DNA of 64,000 bases, taken from the human T2T-CHM13v2.0 reference genome, Homo sapiens. Made by a program: the position numbers and the translations under genes. The stretch lies in NCBI RefSeq assembly GCF_009914755.1, contig NC_060925.1. The stretch is one strand, 5' to 3'. Under the pieces are notes generated by a model. The model saw nothing but the letters and a program-made list of their open reading frames with translations, ran no database searches and was not told where the DNA came from. The first letter of the stretch is position 1, and every line of letters begins with the position of its first letter. Of this stretch, positions 14,113-25,769 are shown in pieces.

Positions 14113-16072
14113 TATTTACCTTGGAGATATCAAAAGTTCATTTCAGACTACCACAGTAAAGTGAATATCACAATAAAGTGAGTCACAAAAATTTTGGTTC
14201 TTACATGCATACAAAAGTTATGTCTACACAATACTGTAGTCGATTGTGTGCAATAGCATTATGTCTTTAAAAAGTATATACCTTAATTTAAAAATATGTT
14301 ATCATTTAAAAAATGCCAACAATTATCTGAGCTTCCAGAGAGCTGTAATCTTTTTGCTGGTGGAGGGTCTTACTGCATGTTGATCAGGGGGATAGTTGCT
14401 GAAGGGTAAGGTGGCTATGACAATTTCTTAAAATAAGACAATAATGAAATTGGCTGCATCAATTTGGTTCTTCCTTTTGCAAGATTTCTCTGTAACATGT
14501 CATGCTGTTTGATAGCATTTTACACACAGCAGAGCTTCTTTCAAAATTAGAGTTAATCCTCTCAAACCCTGCTACTTTATCAACTAAGTTTATGTAATAC
14601 TATAAATTTTTGTTGTCCTTTCAACAGTGTACTCATCATCTTCATCACGAGGAGATTCCATCTCAGAAATCACTTTATTTGCTCACACATAAGAAGCAAC
14701 TCTCACCCATTAAAATTTTATCATGAAATTGCAGCAACTCAGTCACAGTTCAGGCTCCACTATTAATTCTAGTTATCTTGCTATTCTGACAACATCTGCA
14801 GTTACTTCTTCCACTGAAATTTTGAACCCCTCAAAGTCATCAATGACAGTTGGAATCAACTTCCTCCAAATTTCTGTTAATACTGATATTTTGACTTCTT
14901 CCTATGAACCAAAAATATTCTTAATTTCATCTATAATGGTGAATCTTTTCCAGGTTTTCAGTTTACTGTGCACAGATACAGCAGAGGAATGATTATGGCA
15001 GCTTTAGCTTTAAAATATGTATTTAAATAATCAGACTTGAAAGTGAAAATGATTCTTGATCCATGGGCTGCTGAATGCATGTTGTGTTGGTAAGCATGAA
15101 AACAACATTAATCTCCTTGCACAATTCCACCAGAGCCTTTGGGTGACTAGCTGCAGTGTCAATAAGCAGTAATATTTTGAAGTGAATCTTTTTTTATGAG
15201 CAATAGGTCTCAACACTGGGCTTAAAATCTTCAGTAAGCCTTAAAATATTCAGTAAACCTTGCTGTAAAAAGATGTGCTGTCATCCAGGCTTTATTGTGC
15301 CATCTTTAGAGGACAGGCAGAATAGGACAGGCAGAATAGGTTTCGCATAGTTTTTTTTTTTTGGAGACAGAGTCTCACTCTGTCACCCAGGCTACAGTGC
15401 AGTGGCACGATCTTGGCTTACTGAAAGCTCCGCCTCCTGGGTTCACTCCATTGTCCTGCCTCAGCCTCCCAAGTAGCCTCCCAAGTAGCTGGAACTACAG
15501 GCCCCTGCCATCACGGCTAACTTTTTCTATTTTTTAGTAGAGACGGGGTTTCACCGTGTTAGCCAGGATAGTCTGGATCTCCTGATCTCGTGATCCGCCC
15601 ACCTGGGCCTCCCAAAGTGCTGGGATTACAGGTGTGAGCCACTACGCCCGGTAATTGGTCTAATTTTAATGCTGTTGTGCTTCAGGAAATAGAAAAGAGA
15701 GACCCATGGAGAGAGATCTTAGGAAAGCCTGATCAGTAGAGCAATCAGAACACACACAACAATTATGGATTAAGTTGGTGTTTTATACGGGTACGGATTA
15801 TGGTACCCCAAGACAATTACTATAGTAACACCAAAGATCACTGATCACACATCACTATAACAAATATAATAAGCATGAACAAAACTTAAACTATTATGAG
15901 AACTACCGAAATGTCACACAGAGACATGCAGTGAGCACATGTTGTTGGAAAAATGGCACCAATAGACGTACTTGACTTATGTTTGCTACAAACCTTCAAT
16001 TTGTAAAAAAAATGCAATTATCTGTGGAATGCAATAAAGTGAAATGCAATAAAACAAAACAAAGTATGCCTA
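14113..16072 (-). mobile_element. Tigger1 DNA transposon with internal deletion and AluY
   Basis: taccttggagatat...gtgaatatcacaataaagtgagtcaca at one end, gcaataaagtgaaatgcaataaaac...gtatgcct at the other; decayed transposase sequence on the minus strand. Confidence 0.93.
15351..15651 (-). mobile_element. AluY within Tigger1
   Basis: agctccgcctcctgggttcactccattg, ccgtgttagccaggata, ctcgtgatccgccc; internal 12-bp duplication. Confidence 0.93.
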
Positions 16073-19000
16073 AATCTCCTTAAAGGCCCTATTCTGAAGA
16101 CAGTCACATTCTGAGGTACTGTGGATTAGGGCTTCAACAAAATATAACTTCAGAAAAACATAATTCAGCTCATAACATGTAGGTAGAATATTTTACATTA
16201 TATAATTTATATATTTATATTATATATTATATATAAATTTATATATACTATGCAGATACATAAATTATATTATTTATTTATATAATGATAATTTATAAAA
16301 ATACATTTATAAATGTTATATATATGAATCATTTAATATATATGAACTTATAGGTAGTTGGAATAAAATATATGACCTACCTATAGATGACCTATATACT
16401 AGGTCATTTCATTTTATTATTAAGATAAATAAAATTATTTTCTTGTTGTATATTGCCATAATTTAAGGAATTTAAGAGATATGTTACTATCATTAGACAC
16501 TACGCCTATATTTTTATGATTCAAAATAGCAGAACTACCTGATTTCGAGTATGCTTGCTTAAATCTTAATTTCATTTCTAAAAATTATATGGACACAGAA
16601 TAAAATAGAAAATCTGATTATATCATATTGTTGCTTTTTCTAATGTCAATATTTATATATCATCTCAGAAGCTTAAGGTGTAACAGTTTTAAGCCAAATA
16701 AAAGACATTTTTAGTGACTATTTTTGAATATTGTTGCATGACTGCACATACCGTCCACACAATGCTGAGGGTAAACATGTTTTCTCTGGTCTTGCTGATA
16801 CTAGCAATTACGTACTACCTTGAACAAGTTCCAAATAAGATGTTTGGCTTAACGAACTCCATACTTCAGCAAATCTTTTTATTATTATGTATCACCATAC
16901 ACTTGAATATTCTAGTTAATCTTTCCATGGACTTTTAGATGAGAAAAAATAATTCGGCAGTACTTAAGGACCTACTTTTTAAAAACTATATGTAAGAACA
17001 AGAGATTTAGAACACCTTATTCCTACAGTCTGCCAAAGTAATATTTTAAATGGAAAAATTTACTTTAAAAAAAGCATTTCATTTTTAGTTTTAGTCTATT
17101 TGTCCAGTCTTTTCTGTTTATTGAGTACTAGTGAATAAAGTGGAAAGTTATCATACTGAAAAATATAAACATTACTAATATTTATATTTGTATCACAAAA
17201 CAATGGAGATCCCATAGCCACCACATACCAGGACTTTTTTCCACATTTGTTTTGTTATGATAAAAAATAACAGTTGAAATTCCTAATTTCCTGGACCAGG
17301 CAATGAAACAATGGAGATATACATAAAACCTACAGAGAAACACAATATTCTGAGTATTCTATAAATATGTATTTGTGGTTTGGGATAACATTTTTAGTTA
17401 TAAAATTATAAATATGCAAAAATTACTAGGACTGAATCAACCTGAGAAAAAATAAAGATGATGGGTTTTTTCATGTCACTTCACCACATAGACGTGAGTG
17501 TTTTAGGGGCTTTTTCACTCCTTTATTTTCTCACTCCTTTGATGATCTCTGTAAACCTCATGTTTATAAAGATTACCTGTATTTTGATGACTCCATACTT
17601 ATATCTCCATCCTGGACCTTCATTTCAAACTCCGTTTACCTATACACAGTTGCCCACCTAACATCCATGCCTAATAGATAGATTAAATTTGACTTACTTA
17701 ACTTGTCTCCTTATCTTTTATCCCAAACCTTTCTTTCCCCTATTCTTTCTTAACTCAGAAAATTTCACTGCCATTCACCCAATGACCCATATCCAAAATC
17801 TAACCACATCTTCCAAAAAGATCAATGAATAAAGCCAAATAGTAAACTATTTTAAGCAACATTATCATTGTATGTTTAGCTTTATTAAATAATTTTGTGG
17901 ATTAATAAAAAAGAATAATTCATTACTTTTTGTCTGTAAACTACCTTATATTGTTAATTTCAAGACATACAAATCTGAACTGTTTTGTCTCCTACAGCAT
18001 GGCAACCATATTGATTTTCAATAATTTAGTGATACAATGCAGAAATGAAATTGATGTCATATTTTGTGGGTTTAGTTGTGCCCTCAAGAAAGACATACTG
18101 AAGTCTTAATTACTAGTACCCATGAATATGAACTTATCTGGAAATAGGATCTTTGTAGATGTAGTCAAGATGAGGTCATACTGGATTAAAATGGATCTTA
18201 CTCAAATAACTGGTATTCTTATAAGAAAATAAGAACGGTCATTTATAAAATTTAGAGTGGAAAGAACTAAAGCATATGAAAACATAGACAGAGATGGGAA
18301 TTATATGTCTACAATGCCAAGAACTGTTGGAAGAACTATATGGGAATTACATGTCTACAATGCCAGGAACTGTCCCCTAGAAGGAACCAACAATTGCAAA
18401 GACCTTGATTTTGGACTTGTAGCTTCTAGAACTTTGAGACAATACATTTTCATTATATAAAACCACTCAGTCTATGGTACTTTGTTACAACAGCTCCAGG
18501 ACACTAATACAGATTATAAAGTGTAGAAAACTTGGGCTAATTATGTTCTACCATTGAGTAAAAGTAGAACTTGGAGCAATGAACTTGGATATTTAGCTAA
18601 ATAGATTTTGAGGCAATATATAGAAGGTGCAATCTTGTTCCTTCTTGCATCTTATAGTAGAATACTTAAAAAGGAGGTAAGCTTGGAAAAAAACTGCCAA
18701 ACAAAAATGAATCAGCACTTGATGATTTGGAAAATTCTGAGCATGCCTAGAGCCAAGAGTGTGGCTAGACAACCTTTTGGTGAAAAGGTCAGGTATGTGA
18801 CTCATCTATCCAATCAACCATGTCATCTAAAGCCAGGATTAGAGATAGGGTTATCCAGGTAGGCTTCATGGAAAATGTTCACATCTAATGTTCATATCTA
18901 ATTGGGTGCCCCCTTAGCATCCAGGGAAAACCAACAAGGTTTTTAGTACTTTTATTCCAACAGAAATTCTAACAGCCTGGACCAAAACAGACAGAGTTAG

Positions 19001-19222
19001 GAAGAAACGAAGGAAGAGTGATTCCAAGAGCAGCACCAAAGGGTTAGAGGTCAAAGAAGCTGGGGTGCTACTGTTGCCACAGAGGGTAGAAAGGGCAGGT
19101 CACTGAGCAACAGAGGATTGCTCTCAGGCCTTAAAACCTTGTTGAACTGCTCTGCTTTATTAAAAACTTGCTTTTGACTATCAATCTATTCTTTATTTTT
19201 TCTCTTTTTCTTAATTGAAATG

Positions 19223-19564
19223 TGCTATGGTCTAATGTTTGTGTTTCCCCAAAATTCATATGTTGAAATCCTAATCCTCAAGATGATGGGAATAGGAGGC
19301 AGGGTCTTGGGAAGTGATTAGATTATGATAACAGAGCCATGAATGGAATTAGTGACCCCAAAGAGCTCTTCCATCATTTGAGAACACAGTGAGAAGGTAC
19401 CAACTATACACCAGAAAATGGGCCCTCACTAGACTCTGAATCTGTTATCACCTTGATCTTAACCTTTCCAGCCCCCACAACTGTGAGAATAAACTTAGAA
19501 ACTATTGTTTATAAGTTACCAAGGTTATAGCATTTTATTACAGCAGCCCAAAGAGACTGAAACA
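19223..19564 (+). mobile_element. MLT1A/MST-type solo LTR nested in the MLT1 internal region
   Basis: tgctatggtctaatgtttgtgtttccccaaaattcatatgttgaaatcctaatcc...cagcagcccaaagagactgaaaca; decayed TSD aaatg/gaata. Confidence 0.87.
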
Positions 19565-19915
19565 GAATATCTATCCTATGTTAGCCCCACGATTTTATTT
19601 TGGAAGGAGAAACTGTGTTGTTTGGTTTCATAGGTCTATAGATGGAGGAGAATTTTGATCCAAAATTGTCTATACTTAGAATCTTATTTATATTTGATTT
19701 AGATTATTTAGATCATGAGATTGAGACTTTCTGAATTGACAGCTAGATAAGATTTGGGACTTAAGAGTTAGTGGTAGAATAAACTGATACTTTTGAGGAT
19801 GTTCTGATGGGGTGAATGAATTTTTCACATATGATAGACAAGAGTTATTATAAGGCAGACAATGGACTGTTGTGGATTAAATATTATTGCTCTACATATA
19901 GACTTGGAATGTAAC

Positions 19916-20375
19916 AGTTATGGGTTAAATTGCATCCCCCAAAATGATATGTTCAAGTCCTAACCCTGGGTATTTATGAATGTGACCTTATTTGGAAATA
20001 AGATCATTGGAGAACTAACCAAATTAAGATGAGGTCATACTTGATAAGCATGGGGATTAATCTAATGACTGGTGCCCTTATAAGAAGAGGTAAAGAGATA
20101 CAGAGAGAAAGACCCAGGGAAGTCACCATATGATGACAGAGGCAGAGATTGGAGTGGTGTATTGACAAGCCAAAGAACAGAAAGAATTGCCAGCAACACC
20201 AGAAGCTAAGAGACATGGAAGAGATTCTTTTCAAGAGTCGTTTGAAAGAGCATGGACCTATTGACACCTTGATTTTGCACCTCTATCTTCCAGAACTGTG
20301 ACAGAATAAATTTCTGTTGCATTAAGACACCCAGTTTGTGGTCATTTGTTACAACAGGCCTAGGAAATTAATACA
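19916..20375 (+). mobile_element. MLT1C-like solo LTR nested in the provirus 3' LTR
   Basis: gttatgggttaaattgcatcccccaaaatgatatgttcaagtcctaacc...gaggcagagattggagtg...ctaggaaattaataca. Confidence 0.88.
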
Positions 20376-21429
20376 ATGAGTTTATTTGGAAATAGGATCT
20401 TTGCAGATATAAATAGTTAAGAGGTTATACTGGATTAGGGTGGGCACTAATCTAATGATTGGTGCTCTTATAAGCAGAGAAAACCCATACAGAGATATAG
20501 ACAAAGGGAAGACAGTCACATGAAAATAGAGGCTGAGGCTGGAGTTATGCTGCTGTTAACCAAGGAATGCCAAAAATTGCCCACAAATACCACAAGATAG
20601 GAGGAGGATCAGAGAAAGCAAGGCCCCGATAACACCTCAAGTTGAGATTTTTTAGACTCCAGAACTGTGAAACAATCAATTTTTTTTGTCTTATTTTAAG
20701 GCTCGCTGATTGTGGTAGTTTGTGATGGAAGCCCTAGGAAACTGTTACACCATATTACTTACCTGAATTTACCTCACATTGTCCTCCGTATCATTCGTAT
20801 TGCTACAACTACACTGGTCTCCTTGCTGCTCCAAGGACAGATAAATCATGTTTCTGCCTTAGAGTGTTTGCATTTGCTATGCCTTCCTCTGTACCATTCC
20901 TTCCAAAGATATATAAATGCTCACTTCCTCACTATTCCAGGTCTTTCTCAAATAGCCCATTCTTAATGAGTTCTTACCTGAGCGCCCAAAAGCAAGCTGT
21001 TTCTAAACTTTTATCTCCCTTTCAACATTTTCTAAACTATTTATAACTATCTAATATACTATGTATTTTACCGCTTTATCTTGTAATGCCATTTTCTACA
21101 ACTACAGTGTAATCTGCTTCCACGCAAGGAATTTTTTCTCCTGTTTTGTTAAAATCCTTACTATATAATGTTTTCTAAATGGAGATTTATTGAATAAATA
21201 AATAAATTGTTCAATAAAACTGTATTAGATGACTTAAAATATGGCTTTTCTGATACAAAGACACTAATATTGAAGATGTATATAAGAAGTTTTAACTATC
21301 TCATTGAGTTATTGAGCAGGCTAAATGACATAGTATGTGTAAAGTCTATAATAATCACTCAAAATATGATGGCTATTTTCATTAGAATGCAAGCTTGAAG
21401 ATAGTAAGTTTTATAAATGTGTGGGCCAC

Positions 21430-22600
21430 TCAGCAATGCTTAGAACTTGACCTGCTTTATAGCAGATTCTTCATAAATATTTGTTGAATTAATATTGGCT
21501 CTTACATAAATGAAAACAAGTATTAACATGCCAAAGTGAACAGCTTTTAGAAGTATTTCAAAATCATTAAAAACTTTTAAGAAGAGAAATGGCATAATAC
21601 ACCCCAAGTGTTGGCAATAAGTTTTTATGATCATTGTGTGACTGTGGATTGTAGGAGCCATGAATGAAACAGGAAGATCCATTAGGAAATTGATAGAGTA
21701 GTCCAAGTGAAAATTATGGGATTCAATTGAGGAAGCATATATGGAGAGAAATGGAAAAAAAAAGTTTTAATATTTAGGGATAATAGACAAAGAATTATAT
21801 ATGGAGTAAAAGAGAGAAATATTTCTCCATAAAAAGAAATCCCATTTTTATGGCTTGAGAAACTGGGGTCATTATTTGCAAAAGACTGGGATATGGAGAA
21901 ATTAGATGTGGCAAACCGATTTGAATTTTTGATATCTCAAGTTTGAGATACGTGTGGGGCATCTCATTGAACATATCAAGAAAGAAGCTGGATAGGAAGG
22001 CCTAGATCTCATGCTTGTAATCCCAGCACTTTGGGAGGCTGAGGTGGGCAGATCATTTGAGGTCAGGAGTTCCAGACCAGCCTGGCCAACATGGTAAAAC
22101 CCCATCTCTACTAAAAATACAAAAATTAGCCAGGCATGGTGGCAGGTGCCTGTAATTCCAGCTACTCTGGAAATTGAGGTGAGAGAATTGCTTGAACCTG
22201 TGAGGTGGAGGTTGCAGTGAGCCGAGATCACACCACTACACTCCAGACTGTATGACAGAGTGAGATTTCATCTCAAGAAAAGGGAAGGAAGGAAGGAAGG
22301 GAAGGAGGGAGGGAGGGAGGAAGGGGAGGGGAGGGGAGGGGAGGGAGGAAGGAAGGAAGGAGATAGGAAGGTCTAGAGCTCAGAAGCGAGTCTTGAAGTG
22401 GGGATCAAATTTGTGAGACTGTGACATATATATAATTTCTAAAGCCAAGACAATGAAGAAAGAGTAGTGAAAGTTTAGGAACTCAAGGTGTCAGAAAGGC
22501 ATGGAATTAGAGTCAAAAGTAATGCACGAGAGAAAGCTAGAATTGTGGGGGAAACCAGAAGCATACTCTTGTGGAAGTCAAAAGTCTGAAAAGAACAGTG
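21430..22600 (-). mobile_element. L2 fragments containing an Alu
   Basis: aaatatttgttgaatt, tttgagatacgtgtggggcatctc, gtggaagtcaaaag motifs. Confidence 0.6.
22008..22361 (+). mobile_element. AluS, slightly 5'-truncated, tail converted to GGAA/GGGGA repeats
   Basis: ctcatgcttgtaatcccagcactttgggaggctgagg...gtgagatttcatctca; 21-bp TSD gataggaagg(c/t)ctaga(t/g)ctca at 21991-22011 and 22362-22382. Confidence 0.93.
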
Positions 22601-24020
22601 TCAGGAGCCAACTAACTTTTTAACTCCTCTTTTATTATGAGAATGAGCAATGGGAATCACCATAAAGCCACACCTAATTGCTCGTTGCATATTTGTTACC
22701 TGCTTGTCACTTTTTGCCCAGAAATACTGTCTTTCCTTGGCCATCAACCTTGAGTCCACATTCTCAATGCAGCCATGACAATTCAAGAGCCCTGCCTGGT
22801 CTTAACAACACATTCTGTTTAATTTAATTTTCTGTCTCCCACTACAATTCCTTCAAACTTTTCAGTTGTCCCCTACAAACTCTTTAATTTATATTCTAAT
22901 TCTCCTGATGTTTCTTTGTGCTGTATACATTTGAACTTAAAAAAAAAAAGAGGAAATGAGTACAAAAAAGAGAGAAGATCGGTTCAAATGATAAAATAAA
23001 GCTGTTTGATTTATCTCATGAGGCATTTAATTGTGTTTTTGGTCATTGTACATGGCAATTCACATCCTAATACACAGCTTGAAACAACTATATTAGATGT
23101 GTTATTTTAAGTGTTTTTATAGAAAGTAAAGAATAGCTTTTGATTCACATGATAAATTGTGCACATAAATGCCTTCCAGTTGTTAATATGTAGACCATTG
23201 GTTTTGTAGAAGAACTGCAAATAAATTAATAAACATATTTTGAAAACTTTTTACAGAAGTAAACTGCAGCATAATGGTTTTTATTCATGGGACTTTGGCT
23301 AATTTAGTTGATTGACTGATGGAAATTCTGTAAGGAATAACAAAGTTCTGCCTTACAGACAGCCCTAGAGATTTTTTTTTTGTAATATATTTCAGAGAAA
23401 CATTGTGTTTTAACCAGTTTTGAACTCTGCTTTTTCTCTTGTAAGCAATGAATGTGCTAAAGGATGAATTTCCTTAGAAATTATTTGCAATGAAATGTTT
23501 TGTGACTTCAGGTAAAGGCCAATTCTAACAATGATTTTAGCTCCTCTGGCAGAGTTTATCAAAACTCTCTCTTCAAGTGCCCAAGGGCAAAGAAATAAGA
23601 ATTCACATGCCTAGAGATTCTGGAAACATTGACATTCACAAAAATTCTTTGGAGGTTGTGTTTTATCAGAAAATGTAAGCAGTTTAAAATTTTTATTATA
23701 TAATGTATGTTTTGCTTTATTATGGTGTGGTACTCTTCTTTTTCTACACAATTTCAGTAAAATCTGTGCTTAAAAATGTGCAGTATTTGTAACAGAGGGG
23801 CCTCTGTACTCCTGGAACATCCTCATATAGGCCCTGAAACATCCATTTGTGAAAATTAAAGAAACATTTGATAAAGAATAATTAACAAAGTAGAGAAAAA
23901 ACAGAAAATCAGAAAGAAGATTATTCCAAAAGAGATTACAACAGGAAAACTGGACACTGTCATCTGATTTAAGACCTCTTGAATTTTTGGGTATATTCCT
24001 ATGATTTCCTTTAAGCCTTT

Positions 24021-24393
24021 ATTCCTCAGTTTTTTACTGTCTTTTACATTTATGTATGATGTAAAAGTGCCCTTGTGTTTGACTTTTATTGGATTAAAAT
24101 ATACATATATCCAATATAAGGTTAAGTTTTTTGAATGCATGTCCCATGGAATTCCATTCAAATTAAAGGATTTTTTTAAATGTTATAAGATTCCATGATG
24201 CAGAACACAACAGAGGACCAAAATGTGTGTGGGGAAGATCAAAGCTAAGTGCATGTGGAGGGAGATGTTGAGAAGAAAACCAATTTCGTTGCAGAATCCT
24301 TTCTTGCATTCTAGGAACTGATGAGGAACAAATGCTCAAAGTCTCACTCCTGAGAAGGTAGAATTTCTCATTTCCCAGACATTTGAATAGGCC

Positions 24394-24426
<33 letters not shown>

Positions 24427-24697
24427 GAAAAAAAATTCTAGAACCTTCCTGGCTTCATTTCTTCAGAGAATAAAACCTCCATCTTCTAATATTGTGAGAA
24501 TATTTTGTCTTCTGTTACGCTCTGCATCATAAAATCTTATACCATTAAAAAATTTCTTTAATAAGATTTCAAGGGACAAGTTCTCAAAAACCTTAAACTT
24601 ATATTGGACATTTGTGTATTTTAAGCCAATAAAAGTCAAACACAAGGTCACTTTTACATTATACATAAATTTAAAATAGAGTGAAAAACTGAGGAAT
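24021..24697. repeat. Long inverted repeat: arms 24021-24224 and 24502-24697, ~280-bp spacer
   Basis: Manual alignment gives ~85% identity including a 22-bp exact run ccttgtgtttgacttttattgg; opposite-strand ORFs share LCLTFIGLKYT. Confidence 0.93.
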
Positions 24698-24929
24698 TAC
24701 CAATATGCATCAGAGGGTGTTGGTAACCTGCTGGAGAGGTCTAAGATGTATTTTATTGTTGTTGTTGTTGTTTTGTTTTTTTTTTTTTGATTTGTTTGGT
24801 TTTGGTTTTGGGATAAACTCTCTCTCTCTCTCTTTTCTATTATTCACTCTCAGTCTAATTTCAGTGACTTTCCAAGATTTTTCAGGAGTAAACTGATAAA
24901 CTAAAATTTTGCAGGAGGTTTTACATTTG

Positions 24930-25600
24930 TTTAGTAGGAATTTTAAAAAGAGAGAGAAAACAATACACGGGAGACAAAATTGCCAAAAAAAAATTAACAA
25001 AATCTCCCAGTGTTGCAGGACATGAAATATTCCAAACCACTGGAAAAAAAAAATTCCACATCAGGGTACACCATGGGAAAATTTTAAAATATCAGGGTTA
25101 AAGAAAATAAACTAAAAGCTTTCACAGAAGGAAAACAATAGATAATACAAATAATTTAGAAAAAAGATGGAACTAGAGTTGACAAAAGTAACATGAGAAG
25201 CAATAGAAACATTTAACAGTGTCATAACAAATTTCTGAGAAAAAAACTATTTATAACAATCCTGCAATCAGCCAAATTTTCAAACAAGTATGAGGATAAA
25301 ACAGACATTTCACAGACACAGTCTCTCAAGATTTACCTCCCATGTATTTCTTTGCAGAAATATATTGAAACTTGGGTCCTAGAAATAAAGAATGAAGTAA
25401 GCCACTGAAGAAGAGGACGCAGGATTGAGAAAACATATTCTACAAAGAACATCAATAGAAAGACATCCTGGATGCTATTAAAAAAGATTTCCAGAGTGAG
25501 AGACAATCAGCAGCCTTGATAACTGGGTGTTCAGATTGAAGGAGAACAGAGGGACAATGGGGAAAGTCTTCAAAGGAATAGAGAAATGGAAAATTCCTTA
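24930..25600 (+). mobile_element. HAL1 or ancient L1M ORF1-region fragment
   Basis: aaaagctttcacagaaggaaaac, aaatttctgagaaaaaa, cagccaaattttcaaacaagtatgagg, atttacctcccatg. Confidence 0.6.
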
Positions 25601-25769
25601 ATATCTTTGCCCATGGGGGAAATCAAGTAAAAAGGGGTTCTATGAGTCTTGCAGATCACGTATCTTTTAATTACATACATGTATTACTTCGATAAAAGTA
25701 AATATTATTTTCAGTATGATATTACTTTTAAAAAGTCAGATATAAAGTGAGAAAGTTATATTTGCCTTT

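Larger units (their letters stand above)
13812..16177 (-). mobile_element. MLT1A/B-type MaLR solo LTR split by Tigger1 (pieces ~13812-14112 and ~16073-16177)
   Basis: ggactgccaaaacaaaataccgcagactgagtgggttaagcaac...ccaagaccaaggtgtcagg; resumes ctccttaaaggccctatt...cagtcacattctgaggtact...cataaca. Confidence 0.85.
18062..20749 (+). mobile_element. Full MaLR provirus (MLT1B/C LTR 18062-18511, internal region 18512-19867, 3' LTR 19868-19915 + 20376-20749)
   Basis: Two related LTRs (ggaaataggatctttg(t/c)agat ... actaataca/actgttaca); MLT1-int motifs (gaacttggatatttagctaa, attttggaag...tttcataggtc); flanks tcata/ccata form a 5-bp TSD. Confidence 0.85.
17490..21206 (+). mobile_element. L2 pieces (~17490-17810 and ~20760-21206) separated by the MaLR provirus
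   Basis: gatgactccatacttatatctcc...ccattcacccaatgacc; cactggtctccttgctgctcc...tttgcatttgctatgccttcctct; 3' end ttattgaataaataaataaa. Confidence 0.7.

Noticed and set aside
24001-24666. Two opposite-strand ORFs with similar peptides, suggesting a duplicated small gene
   Set aside because: The similarity follows from the DNA inverted repeat; frames and ends are not conserved and no splice or promoter context is visible.
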